Shown here one piece after another: positions 42,089 through 51,163 of a stretch of 64,000 bases of DNA. The translations under genes and the position numbers were made by a program. Under the pieces are notes generated by a model. That model did not search any database. It saw only the letters and a list, made by a program, of their open reading frames with translations, and was not told where the DNA came from. Position 1 is the stretch's first letter; each line of letters opens with the position of its first letter. Origin of the DNA: Opitutia bacterium (lineage in GTDB: Bacteria > Verrucomicrobiota > Verrucomicrobiia > Opitutales > Coraliomargaritaceae); the NCBI GenBank assembly GCA_029248665.1, contig JAQWIW010000003.1, positions 10,951 through 74,950 on the forward strand, written 5' to 3'.

Positions 42089-43652
42089 ATTCTGTATCTC
42101 TTTCTAATTTAAAATCGCCAACATATTCATCATTCAATAAAAGGGACGTATCTGAATATATATTTTGGAGTGTCTTATTTGAGTAATCGCTAAATATTTT
42201 TGGGTAAACTCCAATCAATAATAAACTTCCCAATAACACAGTGGCTGAAAATTTCTCGATCGGGTTCATATCGCCCACCTTAGAGGCCGTATTTGCTTGG
42301 ATAACACTTTCTTTAGCGACTCCAAATACAATATTCCCCACTGCCCTTAAGCCATACACTGCTGAAATAATAATCCCTAAAGCGGCTAAATATAACACCC
42401 ACCTAGTAGACTCTGACTCACCTAGTGCGGTAAATATAATGAATTCACCCCAAAAATTCGCAAACCCAGGCAATCCAATACTTGCTAAAATCGCTAAAGC
42501 AAAAAATGCGGATAAGTTCGGAGCAATCTGACCAAGTCCACCCATTTCATCCATATTAAATGTGGAGAAACGTTTATAAATACAGGTTGATAATAGAAAT
42601 AGTAAGGCCACAGATAATCCGTGAGCCACTAAAAGAAGTAAAACACCCCCAGCACCTAAAATTGAAAATGTTCCTAGTCCGATAAAGGCATATCCCATAT
42701 GCATAACTGAACTATATCCAATCATCTGCTTAAGGTCTTTCTGAGCAAGAGTGACTAAACCAATCACTAAAATATTCCCTAGCCCTAATAATAATAACCA
42801 AAATCCCCATGCTTCTGAACCTGCAGGTAAAAACGGAATGGCAATCTGCAAAAGACCATAGAGTCCAAATTTCTTTAAAACTCCTGCATGAAGCATCGCT
42901 GCACCAGTTGGAGCTGCTCCATAACCTTTTGGAGCCCATGTATGAAAAGGGAATAATGATACTAAAATTCCAAAACCAAAAAACAAAAGTGCAAAAATAT
43001 TATTCTGTAATACTTCAGAGATAGGTTGCTCGAGCAAAGCGTCCTTTAAAGCAATCATATTAAAGGCTTCTGCTCCACTCTGCTGATATAAGGCAATCAA
43101 GCCAATAAGCGAAAGCAGAGCACCCAGAGTAAGATAAATCGTCATCTCTAAAGCTACTGCATGACGAGCAACTCCACCCCAAATCATGATCATTATAAAA
43201 GTAGGAATTAACGCAAACTCATGAAAGAAATAGAAGAAGAATAAATCAACAGAAGCAAAAGTACCCATCAAACCACTAAACATGATAAAGAGTAATCCCA
43301 CATAAAGATTTAAACGCTCTGCATTTGAAAATAGTGCATAAACAATCGCGGATAAACCTACTGTAGCCGATAAAATAAATAAAGGTAAGGAAATTCCATT
43401 GAGCCCTAAATGCAAAAATATCCCGAGAGATTCCAGACCTGTCGGTAAAATTAACTCAAAATTATATGCCTCCAGAAGAGAAGCATCATACTTGAAATAA
43501 AGAATCCAAGCAAAAACAAAAGGCAACACTCCACCACAAAGACCTAATAAGCGTGCCCCTAATGTTTTAACATCTTTAACCGAGACTAAAAAAATAAGCC
43601 CGCAGATGAATGGAATCCAAATAGTACTAAATAACAAATGTGAATACATCAT
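42081..43652 (-). CDS. nuoM: NADH-quinone oxidoreductase subunit M
   Basis: Antiporter-like subunit with 'FHTWAPKGYGAAPTGAAMLHAGVLKK'. Start trimmed to the ATGATG at 43652, just downstream of the nuoL stop. The longest ORF (43724) would overlap nuoL by 62 nt. Confidence 0.92.
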   Translation of the reverse strand: MMYSHLLFSTIWIPFICGLIFLVSVKDVKTLGARLLGLCGGVLPFVFAWILYFKYDASLLEAYNFELILPTGLESLGIFLHLGLNGISLPLFILSATVGLSAIVYALFSNAERLNLYVGLLFIMFSGLMGTFASVDLFFFYFFHEFALIPTFIMIMIWGGVARHAVALEMTIYLTLGALLSLIGLIALYQQSGAEAFNMIALKDALLEQPISEVLQNNIFALLFFGFGILVSLFPFHTWAPKGYGAAPTGAAMLHAGVLKKFGLYGLLQIAIPFLPAGSEAWGFWLLLLGLGNILVIGLVTLAQKDLKQMIGYSSVMHMGYAFIGLGTFSILGAGGVLLLLVAHGLSVALLFLLSTCIYKRFSTFNMDEMGGLGQIAPNLSAFFALAILASIGLPGFANFWGEFIIFTALGESESTRWVLYLAALGIIISAVYGLRAVGNIVFGVAKESVIQANTASKVGDMNPIEKFSATVLLGSLLLIGVYPKIFSDYSNKTLQNIYSDTSLLLNDEYVGDFKLERDTEYE

Positions 43653-43662
43653 AGAAAAATCG

Positions 43663-45510
43663 TTAAAATAAATCGATCCCGTATAACCAAAAAAGCAATA
43701 AACCGACAAAAAACCAAAGGACATAGTTATTTATTTTACCTACTTGAAGCAAACGAAAGCCCACCCCTAAAACACCAACTAATCCAGCACCTCCACGCAC
43801 AATAATACCTCGTAAGATCACTTCATCCACAAAAGATAAAAATTCAGCCACAGGCTTTTGTATATGATTTACATAGTATTGATAAAGTTCATCAACCCAT
43901 AATCGGCCTTTAAGAAATGCAAATACCTTCGGAAATTTCAATTGTAAGCGGTCTTCACTTGAACCTTTCCCATAAAAGATCAACGAGACACCAAGGCCTA
44001 CTATCCATGCTGCTGAACCGAGAATAAGTACCCACTTATGGATCTCTTTATAACCTGAAAGGTGGTGCAAGTGATCAAGGTCGGATACAATCGATGCACC
44101 CAATCCAAAAGGCCAGTAAGCATTTAGTCCGACAAAAATAGCAAACCCACTTAGCAAGATTAAAGGCACTGTCATAACCGCACTGACTTCATGGGCAGAA
44201 GATGCCGCTTCAGAATTTGCCTTTCCAAAGAAAACAATCCAAATCAATCGACCCATATAACCAGCGGTCATAAAAGCTCCAAAAACTAGAAAATAAAACA
44301 AAGTACTATTGTAATCGTTAGCTGCGATCAAAATTGAATCCTTAGAATAAAATCCCGAGAAGCCATATACTCCGCATAGTGCTAATGTCCCAATAATAAA
44401 AGTAATCGAAGTGATCGGCATTTTCTTAAACAATCCACCCATCTTAAAAATGGATTGTTCATGATGACAGGCATGAATCACCGCACCCGCACCTAAAAAT
44501 AGCAAAGCCTTAAAAAAGGCGTGTGTAATCAAATGAAATAATGCAATTCCTGAATATCCCATGCCAAAAATTGCCGCCATGTAGCCTAATTGAGACAATG
44601 TTGAGTAGGCTAAAATTCGTTTAATATCATCTTGAGCAAAGGCGCAAAAACCAGCGAATAAGGCGACAAACGTTCCCGAATAAGCGATAAATAGAAGCAC
44701 TTGAGATGTGAGAATGAAATCAATTCGTATTAAAAGATAAATACCTGCAGCTACCATTGTTGCCGCATGGATCAAAGCAGACACAGGAGTAGGCCCCGCC
44801 ATTGCATCGGGTAACCAGACATGCAAAGGAAATTGGGCAGATTTACCAATAAAGCCACAGATTAACAGGAACCCAATAAAAGTACTCATTAGAGAAGGGT
44901 CTATGCCTGATTGAATAGATAGTAATTCAATATTTGTTGTACCAAACTGCCAATAGGTTAAAATAATCCCTATCAAAAATCCAAAATCACCGATACGATT
45001 GACGATAAAAGCTTTTTGCGAAGCTGATTTAGCTTCTTCCTTCTGAAAATAATGCCCGATCAATAAATAAGAACTAAAACCAACTAATTCCCAAAAGAGG
45101 AAAATCATAATTAAATTATCTGCGAGTATGATTCCCGTCATTGAAAACATAAAAAATGCAACCCCAGCAAAAAAGCGCCCCTTAGCAGCATCATCCGACA
45201 TATATCCGATACTGAATGTAACAATACACAGTGCCACAATCGAAACCATTGCCAACATTGTCGCTCCTATATTATCCAATAATATTCCAATATAAAACTT
45301 AGAGTCTCCAAACGCTAACCATTCCCAAGAATAGTGAACAGACTCAGGCAAGTTTTTTAGCAGAATATAAGATAAACTCAATGCACCTATGGCACTCATA
45401 AAAGCGACAATAGGCGCATATTTTTTTCTATGTTTACCTAGAGCGATAATTAGGATTGAAGTTCCTAAAGGCAGAAACAAAAGACTGAGAAGATTCGTTA
45501 ATATATCCAT
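43663..45510 (-). CDS. nuoL: NADH-quinone oxidoreductase subunit L
   Basis: 615 aa. 'FPLHVWLPDAMAGPTPVSALIHAATMV' and a long C-terminal lateral-helix region. Confidence 0.95.
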   Translation of the reverse strand: MDILTNLLSLLFLPLGTSILIIALGKHRKKYAPIVAFMSAIGALSLSYILLKNLPESVHYSWEWLAFGDSKFYIGILLDNIGATMLAMVSIVALCIVTFSIGYMSDDAAKGRFFAGVAFFMFSMTGIILADNLIMIFLFWELVGFSSYLLIGHYFQKEEAKSASQKAFIVNRIGDFGFLIGIILTYWQFGTTNIELLSIQSGIDPSLMSTFIGFLLICGFIGKSAQFPLHVWLPDAMAGPTPVSALIHAATMVAAGIYLLIRIDFILTSQVLLFIAYSGTFVALFAGFCAFAQDDIKRILAYSTLSQLGYMAAIFGMGYSGIALFHLITHAFFKALLFLGAGAVIHACHHEQSIFKMGGLFKKMPITSITFIIGTLALCGVYGFSGFYSKDSILIAANDYNSTLFYFLVFGAFMTAGYMGRLIWIVFFGKANSEAASSAHEVSAVMTVPLILLSGFAIFVGLNAYWPFGLGASIVSDLDHLHHLSGYKEIHKWVLILGSAAWIVGLGVSLIFYGKGSSEDRLQLKFPKVFAFLKGRLWVDELYQYYVNHIQKPVAEFLSFVDEVILRGIIVRGGAGLVGVLGVGFRLLQVGKINNYVLWFFVGLLLFWLYGIDLF

Positions 45511-45512
45511 AC

Positions 45513-45818
45513 TTAGCCCTTAAGTTGATTTAATTCATTCACTAAAATAGTCTGTCTTTGTCTGTAAATCATAACAATAATTGCCAAACCTACTGCGACT
45601 TCAGCCGCCGCAACGGTCATAATGAAAAACACAAAAATTGAACCATCCATCGTATTGTTATAACGAGAAAATGCGACTAAAGCTAAATTTACAGCATTAA
45701 GCATAAGTTCAATCGACATAAAAATGATGATGGTATTGCGTCTAAGAATTACGCCAAGAAATCCTATTAAAAATAGCAGACTCGACACGATAATAAATTC
45801 ATTAATTCCAATTGTCAT
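45513..45818 (-). CDS. nuoK: NADH-quinone oxidoreductase subunit K
   Basis: 101 aa, 3 TM, '[11 protein letters not shown]' and '[11 protein letters not shown]'. Confidence 0.95.
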   Translation of the reverse strand: MTIGINEFIIVSSLLFLIGFLGVILRRNTIIIFMSIELMLNAVNLALVAFSRYNNTMDGSIFVFFIMTVAAAEVAVGLAIIVMIYRQRQTILVNELNQLKG

Positions 45819-45834
45819 AATTATTTAAGAAATT

Positions 45835-46377
45835 TTATTTTTCAGTATCGGTACTTTGTTTTTTACTTATGACAATTACACCGATCATAGCCACAAGAAG
45901 CAGAAAACCGATTACTTGAAATGGCAACATGTATTTAGTAAAGAGTATCTGTCCAAATGATTTTGCTGTGTTACTAAAGGCAATTGTTCCAGCTTCTCCT
46001 ACGTTGGAAATTTGAACTAACTCTGTCGTGGGCAAATATATTTTAGAAAAACTATTGAAGACCAGAAAAAACAATAAACTGAATCCAAGCAATTGTGCAA
46101 AAAAAGCAAACTTCTGCTTTAGGTATTCATAATTATTCCCCTTATCCACATCTAAAAGCATGATAATAAACAAAAAAAGCACCATCACTGCACCCGCATA
46201 GACAAGAACCTGCAATATCGCTAAAAAATAGGCTTCTAATAAAATGAATAAACCCGCAGTAGAGACGAGGGTCACAATCATACACATAGCACTATTGACG
46301 GCATTTTTATTCAAAACCATGACCAATGCTGAAAGCAGCATTAGTGAAGCAAATATATAAAAAAGTGAATTAATCAT
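45835..46377 (-). CDS. nuoJ: NADH-quinone oxidoreductase subunit J
   Basis: 180 aa, 5 TM, 'VLVYAGAVMVLFLFIIML'. Sits directly upstream of nuoK. Confidence 0.9.
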   Translation of the reverse strand: MINSLFYIFASLMLLSALVMVLNKNAVNSAMCMIVTLVSTAGLFILLEAYFLAILQVLVYAGAVMVLFLFIIMLLDVDKGNNYEYLKQKFAFFAQLLGFSLLFFLVFNSFSKIYLPTTELVQISNVGEAGTIAFSNTAKSFGQILFTKYMLPFQVIGFLLLVAMIGVIVISKKQSTDTEK

Positions 46378-46554
46378 GAATAAATAAGCAATAAAAGACC
46401 AGACTCTTAAAGCAATAAGATTTATCTCTCACAACAACCTTAAAAGCCATTTTTTTTACTAAACTTATAAAATTATTAAAATAACTAGGTTTCTGATTTT
46501 ATTTATTGCCTTAATTATATTTTTAAAAAATCATAATTAATATTCAATCATTGC

Positions 46555-46710
46555 ATGAAATCTACTATTATAGCAGATAACTTAAAAAGGTGCCCAGTTT
46601 GCCAAAAAAATCTGCTTGTTCTGAAGCAGAGACACATTGTCGAAAAAGATGGCATCAAATACTGCAATGCCCATTGCTTAGAATTAGCAGAAAAAAAAGA
46701 TCTGAAATAA
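46555..46710 (+). CDS. 51-aa Cys4 mini-protein with TRASH-type metal-binding spacing (candidate)
   Basis: Not in the ORF track. Manual translation: MKSTIIADNLKRCPVCQKNLLVLKQRHIVEKDGIKYCNAHCLELAEKKDLK. The C13-x2-C16-x20-C37-x3-C41 spacing fits the TRASH pattern C-X2-C-X19-22-C-X3-C. There is no other support that the ORF is expressed. Confidence 0.4.
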   Translation: MKSTIIADNLKRCPVCQKNLLVLKQRHIVEKDGIKYCNAHCLELAEKKDLK

Positions 46711-46866
46711 ACCTAACTGTGGTTAATCAGTATTCACACTATAAATAAAGTGTGCACAATAACTCGATTTACTATAAAACAGGTTTAAATAAAACCTTCA
46801 TAACAGTCATACTGTATTGACTAAAAAAGCGACTCTGATTACAAACTTCCCAGTTAATCATAATTA

Positions 46867-48039
46867 ATGTCTCCAACATATAACTTCAAAAATTGTCCTT
46901 CGAGAAATCACACTGGCTCATTAAAGTGGGATCGCTATCCTCCTGAAATTTTACCGTTGTGGGTTGCTGATATGGACTTTGAAACAGCCCCAGAAATTAT
47001 TGAAGGACTAGAAAAGCGTTTAGCCCATAAGGTATTCGGCTATACCATTCCATATTATTCTTTATACGATTCAGTTATTCAATATTTAAAAAGAGCACAC
47101 AATTATTCTGTAAAAAAAGAATTTATTAATTTTTTACCCGGCTTAGTTCCAGCTATTAATTTATGCTGTCATGCTTTTTCTGATAAATCGGATTCCATAA
47201 TGACAGCAACACCTGTCTACCCTCCATTTCTTTTCGCCCCTAAATACGCTGAAAGAGAATTAATTACGGTCCCCTTGTGCTTAAACAATGAAAAAGAATG
47301 GAAGCTTGATTTTCTCGCAATGGAAGAAGCAATCCAACCCAATACAAAAATATTTATTCTCTGTAATCCACATAACCCAGTCGGTCGTGTTTATTCAAAA
47401 GATGAACTAAAACAGCTCGCCGCTTTTTGTTCTCGTCATAATTTAATACTTATTTCTGACGAAATTCATTGCGACTTAATTTTTGATTCCAGTGCAAAGC
47501 ATAATGTCTCAGCAAGTATTGATAAAGAACTCGCAAATCGAACGATTACCCTTATGGCTCCCAGCAAAACATATAATCTTCCTGGACTCGCCTGTGCCTA
47601 CAGCATTATAGAAAATCCAAAGCTAAAGCATCAATTCGAAAAAAATATCCGAGGAATTATTACTGAAATTAATTGCTTTGGCTATGCCGCTTGCGAAGCA
47701 GCTTACAACTTTGGCGAACCTTGGCGAAAAGAACTTCTTAATCATCTACAAAGTAATTATCACACTTTAAAAAACTTTCTAGACGCGAAGATCCCGCAAA
47801 TTAAATTTAGACCCATGCAAGCGACTTATCTCGCGTGGCTTAATGTAGAAAAGCTCAATATAGAAAAGCCTGCACAATTTTTTGAAGCACACGGCATTGG
47901 ATTATCTGATGGGACACCATTTGGAGATCCGAAATATTTACGTCTGAATTTTGGATGCCCGGAAAATCGCTTATTAGAGGCACTAGAACGAATGCACAAA
48001 AGTTTAATCAAAGAAAATTTAATCGGCCATGAGCAATGA
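46867..48039 (+). CDS. PLP-dependent C-S lyase / aminotransferase class I-II (PatB/MalY type cystathionine beta-lyase)
   Basis: 'GSLKWDRY', 'PLWVADMDF', 'NPHNPVGRVY', 'APSKTYNLPGL' (PLP Lys) and 'LRLNFGCP'. Confidence 0.88.
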   Translation: MSPTYNFKNCPSRNHTGSLKWDRYPPEILPLWVADMDFETAPEIIEGLEKRLAHKVFGYTIPYYSLYDSVIQYLKRAHNYSVKKEFINFLPGLVPAINLCCHAFSDKSDSIMTATPVYPPFLFAPKYAERELITVPLCLNNEKEWKLDFLAMEEAIQPNTKIFILCNPHNPVGRVYSKDELKQLAAFCSRHNLILISDEIHCDLIFDSSAKHNVSASIDKELANRTITLMAPSKTYNLPGLACAYSIIENPKLKHQFEKNIRGIITEINCFGYAACEAAYNFGEPWRKELLNHLQSNYHTLKNFLDAKIPQIKFRPMQATYLAWLNVEKLNIEKPAQFFEAHGIGLSDGTPFGDPKYLRLNFGCPENRLLEALERMHKSLIKENLIGHEQ

Positions 48040-48424
48040 TCTCGAATATGTTCGCTTAGACAAATGGCTATGGTCCATCAGAGTTTTTAAAACACGAGCA
48101 GATGCTACAGATGCTTGCCGAGGAAGTGCTATAAAAGTTAATGGACAAGCTGCTAAGCCAGCTTCAAAAATTCGTTTAGGGGATACACTTAATATTAGAA
48201 AAAAAGGTATAACCTTAACCTTTAAAGTAAAAGGGCTCATAGAGAAGCGAGTCGGTGCACAAAAAGTTAACGAGTACTGTATCGACCAAACATCACCCGC
48301 AGAACGTATCCTTGAGCAAGAAAGGCAAATAAACGCTAAACTGCACAAAAATCATACGTTGACAGGACGGCCGACGAAAAAAAATAGACGCACCTTAAGC
48401 CGGTTCAAAGAAAACAACTATTAA
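48029..48424 (+). CDS. hslR: S4-domain RNA-binding protein, Hsp15/HslR-like ribosome-associated heat-shock protein
   Basis: 'RLDKWLWSIRVFKTRADATDACRGSAIKVNGQAAKPASKIRLGD'. Confidence 0.8.
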   Translation: MSNDLEYVRLDKWLWSIRVFKTRADATDACRGSAIKVNGQAAKPASKIRLGDTLNIRKKGITLTFKVKGLIEKRVGAQKVNEYCIDQTSPAERILEQERQINAKLHKNHTLTGRPTKKNRRTLSRFKENNY

Positions 48425-48435
48425 GCATTAAAACC

Positions 48436-49794
48436 TCAAGCCGATAAATGTTCCCGCATAAATCGTTTAATTGCTTCGGGATTGGGCTCAACTGTATATT
48501 TAATGATCGGCTTTGATTTAAAATTTTCTAGAGAAGGATGTAGTACCTCTAAGCCTATAGACTTTTCTATTGTATCAGCAAATTTTGCTGGATGTGCCGT
48601 CGCTAATACTAATGAAGATCCATTAAAATTACCAGCAAAGCCACAAGCTGTATGTGGATCCACCACATAACCATATTTTTCGTAAACCTTTTTTATAATC
48701 AAAGCAATTTCTTCATCTGAAGTTCGACTACTTGTGAAAGTATCACGATTAAAATCTTCGAAAACAAAAGTTCCCGTACTTTTAAAAGTGTTAATGATAT
48801 TGCAAACATATTCACTATCACCTTTCACTGCATAATAAAGGAATCGTTCAAAATTAGAAGCCACCTGTATATCCATAGATGGAGCTAAACTGGGAGCCAC
48901 TGCTTCTTGAGCATAAATTCCCGTTTTAAATAATCGGTGCAAAATATCGTTCTGATTAGTGGCTACACGAAAGCCTTTTATCGGGACACCCATTTGTTGG
49001 ACCATCCACCCCGCTAACACATTTCCAAAATTACCAGTCGGAACAACAAAAGTAAAATCTTCACGCTTTTCTTTAGGGAGTCGGAAAAACGCGGATAGAT
49101 AATAAACACATTGAGCAAGAATACGTGCTAAGTTTATAGAATTTACCGCAGAAAGACCGACTTCTGAAGCAAATTCACGATCTTCAAAAACCGTTTTCAT
49201 AGCAGTTTGAGCATCATCAAAACTTCCCTCTATCGCTAGAGGAAATACATTATCTGCTTCTGTGCATGTCATCTGGCGCTCTTGCAAAGGAGAGATTCGA
49301 CCATTTGGGTACAAAATAAATGAAGTCACGCCCGATTTACCGAGTAAGCCATGAATCGCTGCCGCCCCAGTATCACCTGAAGTCGCACCCAATACCGCAA
49401 TATTTTTTCCAGTTACTTTAATTTGGTATTCATAAAGATTCCCTAAAAACTGAAGCGCAAAATCTTTAAACGCTAAAGTAGGTCCATGAAACAATTCTAA
49501 AACCATCAGATCCTCTTCTAACTTACGAATCGGTGCAATTGCAGGATCGTCAAAACTCAAATACGAACGATCTATAATGTCATCTAAAGCATCTTTCGGA
49601 ATATCTGTAGCAAACAGTGCAAAAAACGCCTTACATAAATCAGGGTAAGAAAGTTCACTCCATGATTCAAGATATGGCTTCAAATCAGGAAGCTGACATG
49701 GAATATATAAACCACCATCAGGTGCCAAGCCATGCTCCACTGCCTGACTGAAAGACACTTTAGGAACCTGATTGCGTGTACTTTTATATTCCAT
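48436..49794 (-). CDS. thrC: threonine synthase (long form)
   Basis: 'ELFHGPTLAFKDFALQ' (PLP Lys) and 'ATSGDTGAAA'. Confidence 0.93.
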   Translation of the reverse strand: MEYKSTRNQVPKVSFSQAVEHGLAPDGGLYIPCQLPDLKPYLESWSELSYPDLCKAFFALFATDIPKDALDDIIDRSYLSFDDPAIAPIRKLEEDLMVLELFHGPTLAFKDFALQFLGNLYEYQIKVTGKNIAVLGATSGDTGAAAIHGLLGKSGVTSFILYPNGRISPLQERQMTCTEADNVFPLAIEGSFDDAQTAMKTVFEDREFASEVGLSAVNSINLARILAQCVYYLSAFFRLPKEKREDFTFVVPTGNFGNVLAGWMVQQMGVPIKGFRVATNQNDILHRLFKTGIYAQEAVAPSLAPSMDIQVASNFERFLYYAVKGDSEYVCNIINTFKSTGTFVFEDFNRDTFTSSRTSDEEIALIIKKVYEKYGYVVDPHTACGFAGNFNGSSLVLATAHPAKFADTIEKSIGLEVLHPSLENFKSKPIIKYTVEPNPEAIKRFMREHLSA

Positions 49795-49808
49795 ATCTAA
49801 AAAAATAT

Positions 49809-51029
49809 TTAAGCATCGGCATCTAATCCATATGCACTATGAATTAAGCGTGTTGCCTCTTGAGCTGAATCTGGACTGATGGCCACAGAAATTTTAATTT
49901 CAGATGTGCTCACAAGTTGAATATTAATTTCATTTTTTGCCAAAGTATCAAACAAGGTTGCGGCCACACCCGAATGCGACTGCATCCCTACTCCAACAAT
50001 TGAAACAATCGCAATTTCACTTGATTCAAACTGTGTACCGCTCGAATCATCAGTAAATGCCGATTGCACTGCTTTTTCGGCACGTGCCACATCATCTCTT
50101 GGAACAGTAAAAGTCATATTCGCTTTTCCCTCCCGTCCAATATTCTGGACAATCATATCCACACAAACATCTGCTTGAGCCAATGACTGAAACAACTGTG
50201 CCGCAGCACCCGGTCTATCCGGGACATCACTGACGACAACTTTTGCTTGTTTAATGTCTAGGGCTACACCACTAACGACAACATCTTCCATAGATTTTAC
50301 TTCTTCTTTCACAATAGTTCCTGGGTTACGATTAAAACTAGAACGCACTTCAAAATTAACTTTAAATTTTTGGGCAAACTCGACCGCTCGATTCTGCATT
50401 ACCTTTGAACCAGAGCTCGCCAACTCTAACATCTCTTCATAAGAAATACAGGTCAGCTTTTTAGCATTTAGGACTACTCGAGGATCTGCGGTATACACTC
50501 CATCTACATCGGTAAAAATTTGGCATAAATCAGCTTTCAAAGCAGCGGCAATCGCAATCGCACTTAAATCAGACCCACCGCGACCTAAGGTTGTAATAGC
50601 GCCGGTATCTGAATGTCCTTGAAATCCAGCTAAAATCACAACTTTACCTAAATCCAATTGCTCTTGGATATCACCGCCAGAAATTTCTTTAATTCTTGCC
50701 CGAGTATGATTTGGATCCGTTAAAATCCCAGCCTCTCTTCCTGTTCTTGAAACAGCCGGCAAACCCAATTGATGTAAAGCCATTGCCATCAAAGCAATGG
50801 TTTCTTGTTCTCCTACTGTTAACAACATATCCATCTCACGATCATTCGGTTCAGGATTTAATGCCTTAGCACGAGAAATCAAATCATTGGTAACACCCGA
50901 ACGAGCTGAGACAACAACCACTACAGAATTGCCCTCTTCGTATGTTTCCTTAACACGTTGAGCAACGTTCTTTATTCGTTCGACATCACCAACGGAAGTC
51001 CCACCATATTTCTGAACAATTAAAGCCAT
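49809..51029 (-). CDS. lysC: aspartate kinase (monofunctional, two ACT domains)
   Basis: 'VQKYGGTSVG' and 'TLGRGGSDLSA'; C-terminal ACT repeats. Confidence 0.95.
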   Translation of the reverse strand: MALIVQKYGGTSVGDVERIKNVAQRVKETYEEGNSVVVVVSARSGVTNDLISRAKALNPEPNDREMDMLLTVGEQETIALMAMALHQLGLPAVSRTGREAGILTDPNHTRARIKEISGGDIQEQLDLGKVVILAGFQGHSDTGAITTLGRGGSDLSAIAIAAALKADLCQIFTDVDGVYTADPRVVLNAKKLTCISYEEMLELASSGSKVMQNRAVEFAQKFKVNFEVRSSFNRNPGTIVKEEVKSMEDVVVSGVALDIKQAKVVVSDVPDRPGAAAQLFQSLAQADVCVDMIVQNIGREGKANMTFTVPRDDVARAEKAVQSAFTDDSSGTQFESSEIAIVSIVGVGMQSHSGVAATLFDTLAKNEINIQLVSTSEIKISVAISPDSAQEATRLIHSAYGLDADA

Positions 51030-51163
51030 AGCAAAAAAACTCGATAAAATACTTAAATAATAAAGTTAAAGATAATTTAAAAAAATGTCTGCATAGTCAG
51101 TCAAAATAAAAGAAAAAGCAAAGCGTTTGTAATTTAAACAACCATTTGTAGAATAATAATTAT

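Noticed and set aside
43653-43724. 62-nt overlap between nuoL and the longest nuoM ORF.
   Set aside because: An ATGATG lies 8 nt downstream of the nuoL stop and gives a normal NuoM N-terminus (MMYSHLLF...). The overlap is an artefact of longest-ORF calling.
51030-51163. Possible lysine riboswitch or leader upstream of lysC.
   Set aside because: The region is almost pure A/T with no GC-containing helices. It is incompatible with an L-box.
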